64,000 nt of DNA from Mobula hypostoma (lineage: Eukaryota). The DNA lies in the NCBI RefSeq assembly GCF_963921235.1, contig NC_086109.1:22880001-22944000 (forward strand). Direction: 5' to 3'. Under the pieces are notes generated by a model. It searched no databases and was not told the DNA's origin. It saw nothing but the letters and a program-made list of their open reading frames with translations. Positions 13,661-25,971 of this stretch are shown here, one piece after another. Position 1 is the first letter of the stretch. Every line of letters begins with the position of its first letter. Made by a program: the position numbers and the translations under genes.

Positions 13661-16301
13661 TCTTGCCGTAACCTTCAACATCCAAGAACCTATCGACCTC
13701 CACTTTAAATATACCCAATGACCTGACCTCCACAGCCACTTGAATTCCACAGATTCACCACCCTCTGGCTAAAGAAATTCCTCATCTCTCTTCTAAAGGG
13801 ACATCCTTTTAGTCAGAGGCTGTGCCCTCTGTTCCTGTACTCTCCCACTATTGGAAGCATCCTCTTCACACCCACTCCATCCAGGCCTTTCAATCCCCTT
13901 AGATCAACTTTGTAAACCTTCTCTGGACTTCCTCCAATGCCAGCACAACCTTTGTTAGATACAAGGTCCAAAACTGCTCACAATGCTCCAAATGTGAACT
14001 ATAAAGTTTATAAAGTTTCAGCATTTGATTCTTGCTTTTATATAATGTTCTAAACGTCTGAATCCTAACTTCCTTACTTTTCCGTTTGGTTCACCCAGCA
14101 ATAAATAATAACATTCTGTTAGCTTTCCTAATTTCTAGCTGTACCTGCATCTGGTGGCTTGTCACCATTTAGATGTTCTTTTTTCCCCTGCCAAAGTGGA
14201 CAATTTCACATTTTGCCACATTATAATCCATTTACCAGATCTTTGCCCATTCATTAGCTTCTATATCATTTTGTATGCTCCTTATGTCTTCTTTACAACT
14301 TATTTTCCTAAAAATGTCACAACAAATTTAACAAGTATACCTCTGGTGTCCTCATACAAGTCATCTATAAACTTCATTAAACAGCAAGGACACAGCATCC
14401 CTAATTTTCATTACTCCATCTTTGTCTGATGCACGTCAGATTACTGAACTCCTAGATCTGGAATTCCCTCAAACATTTATCACCCTGACCTAAACATTAG
14501 TGGCATTCTCTTGTTACCTAAAATTCTGGAGAATCCTTCCAAACAACATTACTATAGCAACTGTCACCTCCCAGACTCCAATAACTCAACAAAGTAGCTC
14601 ACTACAAAATTCTCAAGTCTCATTAGCGCTAGTCAATAGGTTTGAGCCAACCTTGTGCCACCCGCAACCCTGGAAAAACTAAAGAACATATGCACAGTGA
14701 AAATATATAGTATCTAGACACACAAGATTCTGCAGACTCTGGAAATCCGGATTAACAGGCACAAAATGCTGGGGGAGCTCAGCAGGTCAGGTAGCACCTA
14801 TAAAGAGGAATAAATAGTTGTTGGTTCCGGCTGAGACCCTTCATCAGTCTCTTCATGAGTTGCTACAGCATTTTGTGTACAGCATCTAATCTGTTCCTGT
14901 TCAGAACTTCTCTTGAGTAACTAAATACACAATACTTCTGTTTAAATAGGAAAATCCCAGTTTGTTATGCATTCTGAAGGATGAAACAACTTTTGAAGGT
15001 GATCATGATAGTCTATTGTTCTCAAAGAGCAGGATTTTGTTCTCCACTTTATCCTCCTTTGCTATAGCATTAACTCTTACTGTTAAGCTGGTACCACAGC
15101 CGTTATAGCTCCTCAGCCAAAAGACATTTTTCATGTCACCCTAAAAAGTCAGCTTGACTGCATGAGTTTTGCACAAAAAAATAGAATAACTAGGGAGCAA
15201 AATCCTTACACTTCAGTGCAGTACTTCCAGTCAGTGGATGTCATCAAAATTCTAAGTCTTAAAATTAACTGATTCCTATAAGGAAATATAACCTTTGAGC
15301 CCAGAGATTGCTTGGGACCTTTTAGTACATTGAACATGTTCCACAATTCAGTCTGGCAATGGTTGAACTAACTTGCATTCTTAGTCATCCAAGATATCTA
15401 ATAATCTCAATCATAAAATTTGAAATGCCAATCTCAGTTTACAGAGAAAATATTCCCAGATTTCTAGCACCCTGTGTGAAATTGCTGCTCGTTATCAGTG
15501 CAGTAATCCGTGCTCTCATTTTAAAGCTGCTGTTCTGCATTCTTCCACTAGAGGAAGTAGTCTCTCCTTATCCGATCAGATTCTTTAATCATCTTAAACC
15601 TGCTGACTCTATACCCTCGTAATCTTTTAAGAAAATTAAATATCTACCCTGGCAACTTGCTTTCAAAATGTAAGTCTTTTATCTCCCAGAATCATTCAGA
15701 CACAAAGTCCTCTTCAGTGTACTGCACAGGACCACATGCAGTTACTGCAGATAATGTCTAAATGGAGCTGTATCCAACCGCAGCACTGCTTGCACCCCTT
15801 GGACTCCAAACTTCACACCTTTTAACTAAAGAGCTGAGAATGCTACCATTGAGCCAAAGATGAAGGATCTCAGATCAAGACATCAACTGTTTATTCTCCT
15901 CCATAGATGCTGCCTGACCAGCCGAGTTCCTCCAGCATTTTGTGTGTGTTACTCTGAATTTTCAGCATCTGTAGAATCTCTTGTGTTTACTGAGCCAAAG
16001 ATTCACTTCTGATTATTGAACCATTGGAAGCATTACCGCTGAGCCTTCAAAGCAATTTGTACATACAAACATTTGAGCAAACTCTCCAACAGGTCAGAAG
16101 AGGGTTAGTCTATTCTGAAGTAGAGGAAGAGGAATTCTGAATGCTTCAGTTCCGTCATAGGGATCAAGACAATTATAACACTCCTACCAGCCCTTAGCTG
16201 GAAGCAGCTGGTTCTGATGTTTAAAATGGTCACCCCTCTGCCCAGACCCTCATTCCTGGCCCATTTCCCCAGGCATTGCAGTGGACCTTTGCATTCCTTA
16301 C

Positions 16302-17139
16302 CTTTTGTGTGTGGGAGTTGCCGAGTGGTCGGGATGTCACTAAGCTCTCCTCTCTTTTCCTTTGTGCACAGCTGACTTCGGGGGACTTGGCTACTTTGGT
16401 GGGTTTCGAGCAAGCGCCAGCGTTCTTCCTCTTCCTGCCCTCAGCCCGCACAGGGGAGTTGGCGATCAGTGGTGGGGGCGAGGGGCTGCGAATTCCCAGC
16501 TTCCGCCCCTCACAGAGACGGGCATCCCTTTTGGGATCAAAGTGTTCCACTGCTCTGCTGTTCCCTTTGATGGAGTTCCCTGATTGCCCCAGAATCCCCG
16601 CTTGTCCCGGTGCTTTGGGGCTGTGGGCAGCAACTCCATTGTTAGCATTGTGTGACGAGGTATTCGAGTGAGGCGGCCGGGGGGCTATTCCGCCAGGAGG
16701 AGGTGTACTGATCTTGCCCAAACTAAGCACGCAGTTCCTTTTGAGGGGAGGGTCTTGAGCAGGTGTCAGCTCAGAGCTGGAGAGCGCTGGCTTCTTCCTC
16801 TTGTTCTGTGATGTGTCAGTGAATGGGTGAGAGCCTTGGTGGAAACCAAGCCCCCGGCCAGCCTTCGCCCAGGACATTTTGCTGGAGGAGTGGGGCGGGT
16901 TCGAGGCAGGGGTTGTCGGAGCAAGTGAACGGCAGCAGGCGGCAGGCAGGTCTGAGGGGGCTCGCACTGTGGTGACGGCAGCTGGAGAGGACGCCGGTTT
17001 CAGATCTGTGCTCACGAGGGGTGGCAAGCAGGAGGAGGAGGAGGAGCCCAGAGGCAGGGATGAAACAGACTGCAGTGAGTGCGTCAAGGAGGCAGGTGGT
17101 GGCGGTGCCCTCTGGGAATCCACAGCCGGAGGAATTTTC
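16302..17139 (-). CDS. ATXN7L2: ATXN7L2 coding exon 10, large Ser/Pro-rich exon (KIPPAVDS...NKRKK...EGRKRKN...GNSHTQK)
   Basis: Starts with KIPP, which follows MWR in this family, and has basic NLS-like clusters. Within ORF 16230..17123. Donor AAG|gtaagg at 16301, 838 nt. Confidence 0.9.
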
Positions 17140-17507
17140 CTGCATTAAGCAAAAAAAACTGAAATGAATCAGATTATCCCTCAGGTTATAACCATCAGTC
17201 ACTGGGGGAATACTGGGTGGGTGGGAGACAAGAAAGAGAAGTGGGGGTGGTCACACTGCTGCTGCAGGGTTTGTGGGTACATGCACTGCCAGCAATGGGA
17301 AGATATGGGAGCGAAGAGGACTACGCTGCTGAAGAGAAACTGCACTTCAGGGATGGGAAGGTGGCATGAGGTGATACATGTGAATAGATGGTCCCTGTAC
17401 TCCCAGGAGGGGTTGGGTAAGGTTGACCTTTTGGTGATGACATGAAGTGCCACAGAATTGGTAAATGGTTCATCATTTTCCACAGGTATTGAGATACAGT
17501 GAGAGGG

Positions 17508-18760
17508 ACACACACAAAAGTTGCTAGTGAACACAGCAGGCCAGGCAGCATCCACAGGAAGAGGTACAGTCGACGTTTCGGGCCGAGACCCTTCGTCAGG
17601 ACTAACTGAAAGAAGAGGTAGTAAGAGATTTGAAAGTGGGAGTGGGAGGGATCTGGAAAGTTGATTGGCAAAAGGAATATGAGAGGATCATGAGACGGAA
17701 GGCCTAGGGAGAAAGAAAGGGGGAGGGGGAAGCCCAGAGGATGGGCAAGGAGTATAGTGAGAGGGACAGAGGGAGAAAAAGGAGAGAGAGAGAGAAAAAA
17801 ATTAATAATAATAATAAATGAATAAATAATGGATGGGGTACGAAGGGAAGGTGGGGCATTAACAGAAGTTAGAGAAGTTAATATTCATGCCATCAGCTTG
17901 GAGGCTACCCAGACGGAATATAAGGTGTTGTTCCTCCAACCTGAATGTGGTTTCATCTTGACAGTAGAGGAGGCCGTGGATAGACCTATCAGAATGGGAA
18001 TGGGACGTGGAATTAAAATGTGCGGCCAATGGGAGATCCTGCTTTCTCTGGCGGACAGAGCGTAGGTGTTCAGCGAAACGATTTCCCAGCCTGCGTTGGG
18101 TCTCATCAATATACAGAAGGCCTCATCGGGAGCACCAGACGCAGAATATCACCCCAGCCGACTCACAGGTGAAGTGTCGCCTCACCTGGAAGGACTGTCT
18201 GGGGCCCTGAATGGTGGTGAGGGAGGAAGTGTAAGGGCATGTGTAGCACTTGCTCCGCTTACAAGGATAAGTGCCGGGAGGGAGATCGGTGGGAAGGGAT
18301 GGGGGGACGAATGGACAAGGGAGTCGCGTAGGGAGCGATCTCTGCGGAAAGCAGAGTGGAGAAGAGAAAGATGTGCTTAGTGGTGGGATCCTGTTGGGGG
18401 TGGCGGAAATTATAGAGAATTATATGTTGGACCCGGAGGCTGATGGGGTGGTAGGTGAGGACAAAGGGAACTCTATTCCTAGTGGGGTGGCGGGAGGATG
18501 GGCTGAGAGCAGATGTGCGTGAAATGGGAGAGATGCGTTTGGGAGCAGAGTTGATGGTGGAGGAAGGGCTGCCCCTTTCTTTAAAAAAGGAGGACATCTC
18601 CTTCATCCTGGAATGAAAAGCCTCATCCTGAGAGCAGATGCGGCGGAGACAGAGGAATTGCGAGAAGGGGATGGCATTTTTGCAATAGACAGGGTGAGAA
18701 GAGGAATAGTCCAGGTAGCTGTGAGAGTCCGTAGGTTTATAGTATCCAGGTAGCTGTGAG
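17508..18760 (-). mobile_element. Penelope-like element, 5'-truncated (RT C-terminus, GIY-YIG remnant, pLTR), with 11-bp TSD
   Basis: YYKPTDSHSYLDYSSSHP..KNAIPFSQFL.LRRICS and C.SAGVI..LLYI.ETQRRLG.RFAEHLRS remnants. TSD cagtgagaggg at 17497-17507 and 18761-18771. Confidence 0.85.
17568..17603 (-). ncRNA. Minimal type-I hammerhead ribozyme motif in the Penelope pLTR
   Basis: Minus strand reads AGUC-CUGACGA-A-GGGU(CUCG)GCCC-GAAA-C-GUC-GACU. The core boxes are intact, with stem I AGUC/GACU, stem II, and a palindromic mini stem III. Confidence 0.7.
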
Positions 18761-18849
18761 CAGTGAGAGGGTTTGGTTTTCGTGCCATCCAGCCGAGCAT
18801 TCAATATATGGTTATATTTAATTATCTATTTATTAATTGATGGAGAATT

Positions 18850-19088
18850 AGGGTGGAATAGGCCCTTTGAACAACGCCATTCAGCCTAATCAGGGGACAA
18901 TTTAAAGGATCAATTAACCTACCAACTGGTACGCCTTTGGATTGCGAGAGGAAAGTGGAGCACTCGGATGAAATTCATGCGGTCACAAGGGGAACGCACA
19001 AACTCCCGACAGACAGCGGCGGGAATTGAACCCTGGTCACTGGTATTGTAAAGCATTGTGCTAACTGCCACACTACTGTGCCGCCCCA
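18850..19088 (-). mobile_element. HE1/V-SINE-like tRNA-derived SINE
   Basis: Reverse complement shows a tRNA-like head with a B box (ggttcaattccc) and a V-domain-like core (gagtttgtgcgttcc...gagtgctccactttcctc). Confidence 0.7.
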
Positions 19089-19218
19089 CAAGAGGGAGTA
19101 CACAAGGTGATCAGAATGCAGAATATTGTGTTAGTTACAGAGAAAGTGCGATATAGATAGATAAATACAGTGCATGTGACATGATGAGGTAGACGGAGGA
19201 ATCATGACTTCACCTTTA

Positions 19219-21400
19219 TTATTATAAGATAGACTGGCAAATGACACTTCAAGGATTGACGGTGGATATGCAATGGCAGGCATTTAAAGGTTGCATGGAT
19301 GAACTACAACAATTGTTCATCCCAGTTTGGCAAAAGAATAAATCAAGGAAGGTAGTGCACCCGTGGCTGACAAGAGAAATTAGGGATAGCATCAATTCCA
19401 AAGAAGTAGCATACAAATTAGCCAGAGAAAGTGGCTCACCTGAGGACTGGGAGAAATTCAGAGTTCAGCAGAGGAGGACAAAGGGCTTAATTAGGAAGGG
19501 GAAAAAAGATTATGAGAGAAAACTGGCAGAGAACATAAAAACGGACTGTAAAAGCTTTTATAGATATGTAAAAAGGAAAAGACTGATAAAGACAAATGTA
19601 GGTCCCCTGCAAACAGAAACAGGTGAATTGATTATGGGGAGCAAGGACATGGCAGACCAATTGAATAATTACTTTGGTTCTGTCTTCACTAAGGAGGACA
19701 TAAATAATCTTCCAGAAATAGTAAGGGACAGAGGGTCCAGTGAGATGGAGGAACTGAGCGAAATACATGTTAGTAGGGAAGTGGTGTTAGGTAAATTGAA
19801 GGGATTGAAGGCAGATAAATCCCCAGGGCCAGATGGTCTGCATCCCAGAGTGCTTAAGGAAGTGGCCCAAGAAATAGTGGATGCATTAGTGATAATTTTT
19901 CAAAACTCGTTAGATTCTGGACTAGTTCCTGAGGATTGGAGGGTGGCTAATGTAACCCCACTTTTTAAAAAAGGAGGGAGAGAGAAACCGGGGAATTATA
20001 GGCCGGTTAGCCTAACGTCGGTGGTGGGGAAACTGCTGGAGTCAGTTATCAAGGATGTGATAACAGCACATTTGGAAAGCGGTGAAATGATCGGACAAAG
20101 TCAGCATGGATTTGTGAAAGGAAAATCATGTCTGACGAATCTCATAGAATTTTTTGAGGATGTAACTAGTAGAGTGGATAGGGGAGAACCAGTGGATGTG
20201 GTATATTTGGATTTTCAAAAGGCTTTTGACAAGGTCCCACATAGGAGATTAGTGTGCAAACTTAAAGCACACGGTATTGGGGGTAAGGTATTGGTGTGGG
20301 TGGAGAATTGGTTAGCAGACAGGAAGCAAAGAGTGGGAATAAACGGGACCTTTTCAGAATGGCAGGCGGTGACTAGTGGGGTACCGCAAGGCTCAGTGCT
20401 GGGACCCCAGTTGTTTACAATATATATTAATGACTTGGATGAGGGAATTAAATGCAGCATCTCCAAGTTTGCGGATGACACGAAGCTGGGTGGCAGTGTT
20501 AGCAGTGAGGAGGATGCTAAGAGGATGCAGGGTGACTTGGATAGGTTGGGTGAGTGGGCAAACTCATGGCAGATGCAATTTAATGTGGATAAATGTGAAG
20601 TTATCCACTTTGGTGGCAAAAATAGGAAAACAGATTATTATCTGAATGGTGGCCGATTAGGAAAAGGGGAGGTGCAACGAGACCTGGGTGTCATTATACA
20701 CCAGTCATTGAAAGTGGGCATGCAGGTACAGCAGGCGGTGAAAAAGGCGAACGGTATGCTGGCATTTATAGCGAGAGGATTCGAGTACAGGAGCAGGGAG
20801 GTACTACTGCAGTTGTACAAGGCCTTGGTGAGACCACACCTGGAGTATTGTGTGCAGTTTTGGTCCCCTAATCTGAGGAAAGACATCTTTGCCATAGAGG
20901 GAGTACAAAGAAGGTTCACCAGATTGATTCCTGGGATGGCAGGTCTTTCATATGAAGAAAGACTGGATGAACTGGGCTTGTACTCGTTGGAATTTAGAAG
21001 ATTGAGGGGGGATCTGATTGAAACGTATAAGATCCTAAAGGGATTGGACAGGCTAGATGCAGGAAGATTGTTCCCGATGTTGGGGAGGTCTAGAACGAGG
21101 GGTCACAGTTTGAGGATAGAGGGGAAGCCTTTTAGGACCGAGGTTAGGAAAAACTTCTTCACACAGAGAGTGGTGAATCTGTGGAATTCTCTGCCACAGC
21201 AAACTGTTGAGGCCAGTTCATTAGCTATGTTTAAAAGGAAGTTAGATATGGCCCTTGTGGCTACAGGGGTCAGGGGGTATGGAGGGAAGGCTGGGTTCTG
21301 AGTTGGATGATCAGCCATGATCATAATAAATGGCGGTGCAGGCTCGAAGGGCCGAATGGCCTACTCCTGCACCTATTTTCTATGTTTCTATGTTTCTATT
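19219..21400 (+). mobile_element. Young 5'-truncated CR1 LINE in intron 9, antisense to ATXN7L2
   Basis: Uninterrupted ORF2 segment, CR1 3' UTR and a (TTTCTATG)n tail at about 21376-21400. Confidence 0.92.
19241..21301 (+). CDS. CR1 ORF2 fragment with an intact reverse-transcriptase domain (686 aa, endonuclease missing)
   Basis: KSPGPDG, NYRPVSLTS, QHGF, YLDFQKAFDKVPH, GVPQGSVLGP and KFADD motifs, with no stops or frameshifts. Confidence 0.85.
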   Translation: MTLQGLTVDMQWQAFKGCMDELQQLFIPVWQKNKSRKVVHPWLTREIRDSINSKEVAYKLARESGSPEDWEKFRVQQRRTKGLIRKGKKDYERKLAENIKTDCKSFYRYVKRKRLIKTNVGPLQTETGELIMGSKDMADQLNNYFGSVFTKEDINNLPEIVRDRGSSEMEELSEIHVSREVVLGKLKGLKADKSPGPDGLHPRVLKEVAQEIVDALVIIFQNSLDSGLVPEDWRVANVTPLFKKGGREKPGNYRPVSLTSVVGKLLESVIKDVITAHLESGEMIGQSQHGFVKGKSCLTNLIEFFEDVTSRVDRGEPVDVVYLDFQKAFDKVPHRRLVCKLKAHGIGGKVLVWVENWLADRKQRVGINGTFSEWQAVTSGVPQGSVLGPQLFTIYINDLDEGIKCSISKFADDTKLGGSVSSEEDAKRMQGDLDRLGEWANSWQMQFNVDKCEVIHFGGKNRKTDYYLNGGRLGKGEVQRDLGVIIHQSLKVGMQVQQAVKKANGMLAFIARGFEYRSREVLLQLYKALVRPHLEYCVQFWSPNLRKDIFAIEGVQRRFTRLIPGMAGLSYEERLDELGLYSLEFRRLRGDLIETYKILKGLDRLDAGRLFPMLGRSRTRGHSLRIEGKPFRTEVRKNFFTQRVVNLWNSLPQQTVEASSLAMFKRKLDMALVATGVRGYGGKAGF

Positions 21401-22543
21401 CAAGAGTCTTCTAACAGCAGGGTTGACGATGTTTTAGAACCTGATGTGTACTCAAGGCTTTTGTATCTTGTGTATTGGTATTTGTTTATTATTGTCACAT
21501 GAACCAAGATACCGTGAGAAGCAAGATTGGCACATTGTTCATGCAGATCAGATCATTACACAGTGCTTTGAAGTACGAGATAAAATAATAGCAATACAGA
21601 ATAAAGTGTAAAAGCTACCAAAAAAGTGCAATGCAAGATCATAACGAGATATTTACAAGTAATATAAAATCCCTCCCTTAGGTTAATTATAATGTATAAT
21701 TAAGAGAAACAAAACTTTGTAGGTTATAAACAGTAATGGCACACAAATTGGACCACGATCGGTCATAATCCAGCTAAAAAATAGCACAGAATTTGAGGCT
21801 GAGTGTCCTCTTATTTGGGTATTTATCTCATACAGCTTTCTCTATGGAAAATCAAACAGCAAAAATAAGAACGGAACTTACTGAGGATACTCCACAGGCC
21901 AACGCCTAGGGCCATATAACAGAGAAGATCGGTGCTTCACCAGGCCTCTATTCTCAAAAAAAAAACCTGGGGAGGAGCCAAAATAGAGGGCGACTTCGAG
22001 CTCATCTGTGAAACAATTTTTGTTGGACTGCAGATCATGGGCTCTTTGGGGGCTTTGCTATTTCTTGGTGGGTGGTGGGAAGCTAATGCTTCCTGCTGGA
22101 ATAAGTGGAGGGAGGGAGAGGATTGATGCTTTGCTGCTGCTTGTGTGTGTAAAGGGGATGGGGGTGCTTTGGGGTTCTAATATTTTTCTGTCATTCATTC
22201 TTTGGGGTTTTCTTCTGTTTCATGGATGTCTGTAAAGAGTAAGAATTTCAAGTTGCATATTAAATAGAACCATTGAAACGCTCAGGTATTTTGGCTTCGA
22301 CCAATGAGGACCAATAGATAGTCACTCCTTGTGAATAACTATCTATCCATGATCAGGTAACTTCCTCCAAAAATCCTACAGGCTTTTAAAGCCCTTGGAT
22401 CAAGTCACAGATATTTCCTGCATCAGTCTATCTCTCCCCCTCAATGCTTTTGAACTGTGGAGACTGTGCAGTACACTCACCCTTCCTCACTACAAATACT
22501 TCAATAATAATCAACAATGTCATGAGAAGGACAGCGTACTGAC

Positions 22544-22665
22544 CTCCACATCTGAGAGTTTAGGTGCCTTTCCACCATGGAGTTAAGGGCCATTCGGAAT
22601 CGGTCCAACCTCCTGTTGAAGACGTAATAACCTCGGCTAATCATTCGGCTTCCAAAAGTGCAAAA
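22544..22665 (-). CDS. ATXN7L2: ATXN7L2 coding exon 9 (FCTFGSRMISRGYYVFNRRLDRFRMALNSMVERHLNSQMWR)
   Basis: Strongly conserved ATXN7-family block. ttgcag acceptor, gtcagt donor, 122 nt. Confidence 0.95.
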
Positions 22666-24240
22666 CTGCAAAGAAGAAAGGTTGGATCAGGTGAAGAAGG
22701 GATTGGTTCAGGAATAGCTCTCGTACAGCAGCAGTTCCTCCTGGTGCGGGCCAGTAATATTGGGAAAAGGCCAATTCATGCTCAAACAGAATCATAGCTA
22801 CAATTTACAGAATTTATGAAGAATTTCATTAGTATCAGGCTTTGGGATATTGTCATGATCTCATAAAGTGTACCAGCAATTTAGAATTCTTCCCTCAGGT
22901 TAGTTTGAAGTATTACCATTAAGACCTACAGATTTTTGGAGGAAAGTGTATTAAAAAGGATGGAATCTCAGGAAACAAATCAGATCAATATCAGTCATAA
23001 TCTTGATTAAAAATTGAACATAATGAGGAGCTGAGTGATGTCCTCCTATTTTGATTTTTGTTCCAAATAGTTTTCTCAGTTTGTAAATTAAAAATGAAAA
23101 AAACTGCAGGTGCTGGAAATGTGAAATAATAAAAAAAAACTAGGATATTCAACAGGTCAGGTTGTAGCTGTAGAGAGAAAAACAGTGTTCATGTTTCAAG
23201 TTGAGAACATTTTATTGGAGAGGAAAAATGAGATAACACTAAAACAGAATTGTTTCTAATTTCTTCACTTCAAATGAAGGATCATCTCCCTGAAACAATA
23301 ACTTTGCTTCTCTCCTTCCCTCTCCCCACAGATATTCCCTGACCTGTCGAGTATTCCCCGCTGTAAAATTATATGGACGGAATTAGGCTCATAAGCCCAT
23401 CATATCTGCTCCACCATTCAAACATGGTTGATATTTTTTTCATCCCAATTTTCTCACCTTCTCCCCTAACCCGTAGCCCCATTACCAATCAAGAACCTAT
23501 CAGTCTCTGCTTTAAATATACCCAATGACATGGCCTCCACAGCCCTCTGTAGCAACCACAAATTCATCTCAGTTCTAAAGAGACTTCCCATGTATTCAGA
23601 GGTTGTGCCCTTGTATCCTAGACGTTCCTATTAATGGAAACATCCTCCCCACATCCACTCCATCCCTTTGTTTTTATTTACTTGCTGGTACCCTACAGCG
23701 TAGCACATTCCTGCTAATTCCAGGACCCAGTTTCCTTCTGTGCCTAGCTAAATCATTGAAAAGTACAGTGTGAGGTGGGGCACTGCAGGCCATCTGTCCA
23801 TGCTGGGTGAAAATAGATTTTAGATTGGTCCCACTTCACTGAGCCCTGCAGGTCAGCTTTAGATTCCAACCTGTTTAATTATTAGACAAGTCCCATCAGA
23901 CAGGAAATTCAACAGAGTGTGTCATCCTCCTTTCCCTAAAAACACCTGCATGCTTTGTGGGGGCTGCTGGGCAGAAACTGGAAATGAATAACTAATTTGC
24001 CAAGGAAGATCTGCAAAGATCAAGGGGGAAAGGCAACTAACCAACAATTCAGCATGAACCACTTTCAGTACTAGTAGAAAGTAAATAAAAATGTTTGTCT
24101 GAAACACTGAATAGTGTAGCGAGGTTACAAACATTTCTCAGCCCCATCTGCTCTGCAGAGGATTCAGTTTAAACCATCAATGCTCCTGGTAAGACAAGTG
24201 AGAAGTGGAGAGAGAGGGGCTGGGCTGCAATAGAACGTAC

Positions 24241-24436
24241 TGCCAGTGGCTTTGGATGCAATCGTGAATAATGACAGTCTGGCTTGTCCAATTCCTCAGT
24301 CACCTCCCCGTCACTCTCTTCGCTCGACAGCCGGCTGTTTATCTCGAATCTGAAGAGAGGGTAGGGGAGCTCAGGGTGCGGTGCAGGATCAGCTGGGGAT
24401 CTCTCCAAGTCAGTCAATTCATTTTCCAAAGAAACC
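24241..24436 (-). CDS. ATXN7L2: ATXN7L2 coding exon 8 (VSLENE...SRLSSEESDGE...DCHYSRLHPKPLA)
   Basis: SRLSSEE and DCHYSxxHPxPLA family motifs. ttcacag acceptor, gtacgt donor, 196 nt. Confidence 0.92.
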
Positions 24437-25735
24437 CTGTGAAAAGAAAAGAAATTCAGATGGCAGCAAGACCCTAGTAGTCCAGCAGCCCTCAGAACTC
24501 AGAACAAAGCAGAAATTCACAGCCCCTTCAGCTAAAAAGAAGAGGAGTCATTTGTGTTTGTATGCTGATGACAGCCATGTATATTGAATAAATAGTCATT
24601 GATGAAAGTTAGGTTCACCAGTCTTGAGAAAGGAGCATTTTGAAGGTTAATATACTAGTTCAGCAACAAACACATGCTGAGTAGTATTCTTGGATAAGGT
24701 ACAAAGTGAAGCTTGCTCCACATGCCTCACAAAACATTCTTATGATTGACTGTAAATGAACAAAATTTGCAAGACACCTAATACAGATAACAGACTGCCT
24801 TCATACAATGCTTTAGACTACTGCATTCTCCAAATCTTCACTTCCATTATAACATTCAAGATAATTATCGATACCTTAAAATTCATTGTAGTTCCTAACT
24901 TGATGAAGTAATGAAATCATTTCATTTTCACTCCCTGCCATTCCTGGCATCTCCAAGCTTGAATGCTTGAAATTGCAGTGAGCAAAACAGTTCTGAATTG
25001 TCTTATTGCTTATTTCTTGCCAACTATTGGTAACAAAAATCACTGCTTTTTGGACACAAACACATGCAACTGATGCTATTTAGAAACTGTGCGCTTTCAG
25101 GACAATGTATTGTCTAACAGCCACATGAGTGCATAGGACTGGCACTAGTTAGAAACTGTTCAGCAACAGTCTCCTGTCCCAATTAAGTGGCATAGCATCC
25201 CAAATAAACAAAGGGAATCCCGGCTATTTTCTCAATTAATTTTGTTCTTTAAAAGTTGTTCCAAATAAACAGCGATCCCAATTAACCAATGGCCCAAATA
25301 ACAAGAATCCACTGTATGTAAAATTACAATATCTTGTAATATATTTGTGTTACTTTATTTTAATAAATATATTTAATATACAATATCATAATTAGATAGA
25401 ACCAAAAGCCCTTACCACTAAACAAGACTATGCTGACTCGTATCACAACTGGTTTATCAGCTCGTTAAAATCCCACCCGACAACACTGAAAACTCCAATT
25501 AACCTCTTGTATCCAGTATTCTGGGAAAGTCAGTTCGAGATTTTAACTAAAGTTTGCCATGGAATGCATTTTCTGATTTCACATTTGGCTTTAAGTTTAA
25601 GCTGTTTCTTGTGTTAGACTCCCCCATCAGAGGAAGAAACATCTGCTTTATCACTGTTCTCCCACCCTCCCAGTAAACACCTATATCCCAAGAGAGCCAA
25701 TGGGTGCCCATGAACGCTAGGAATTTAGATCATAC

Positions 25736-25971
25736 CTTGAGACGGAACAGCCGGCAGGCTTTGTGTGGCTCAGGGAGATTCCTGCCATCACCGAAGCCCA
25801 GCCTCCAGCGGTCGTTTCCTGCACAGGGGAATGTGTCACTGCCTCTTTAGCTTGCTGCTTTTTCTCTCTACCACCTTCCTTGTTCTTCAAGCTTGCCCGA
25901 TGTTCTGCCAACAACTCATCAAATGCCAGCCGCCGCCCGAGCACATTCCTCCTCTGAGTCAGTGAGTGTGT
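25736..25971 (-). CDS. ATXN7L2: ATXN7L2 coding exon 7, SCA7 domain C-half (THSLTQRRNVLGRRLAFDELLAEH...)
   Basis: Conserved THSxxQRRxVxGR..FDxLLAEH motif. tgttag acceptor, gtatga donor, 236 nt. Confidence 0.93.

Noticed and set aside
16276..17202. Overlapping ORFs 16276..16671 (+), 16879..17148 (+) and 16816..17202 (-)
   Set aside because: Shadow frames of the GC-rich ATXN7L2 exon 10, with no recognisable motifs.
19241..21301. Standalone or domesticated reverse-transcriptase gene (retron/DGR-like system)
   Set aside because: It has ordinary CR1 ORF2 motifs, a CR1 3' UTR and tail, and is 5' truncated. Many decayed relatives are in the same window.
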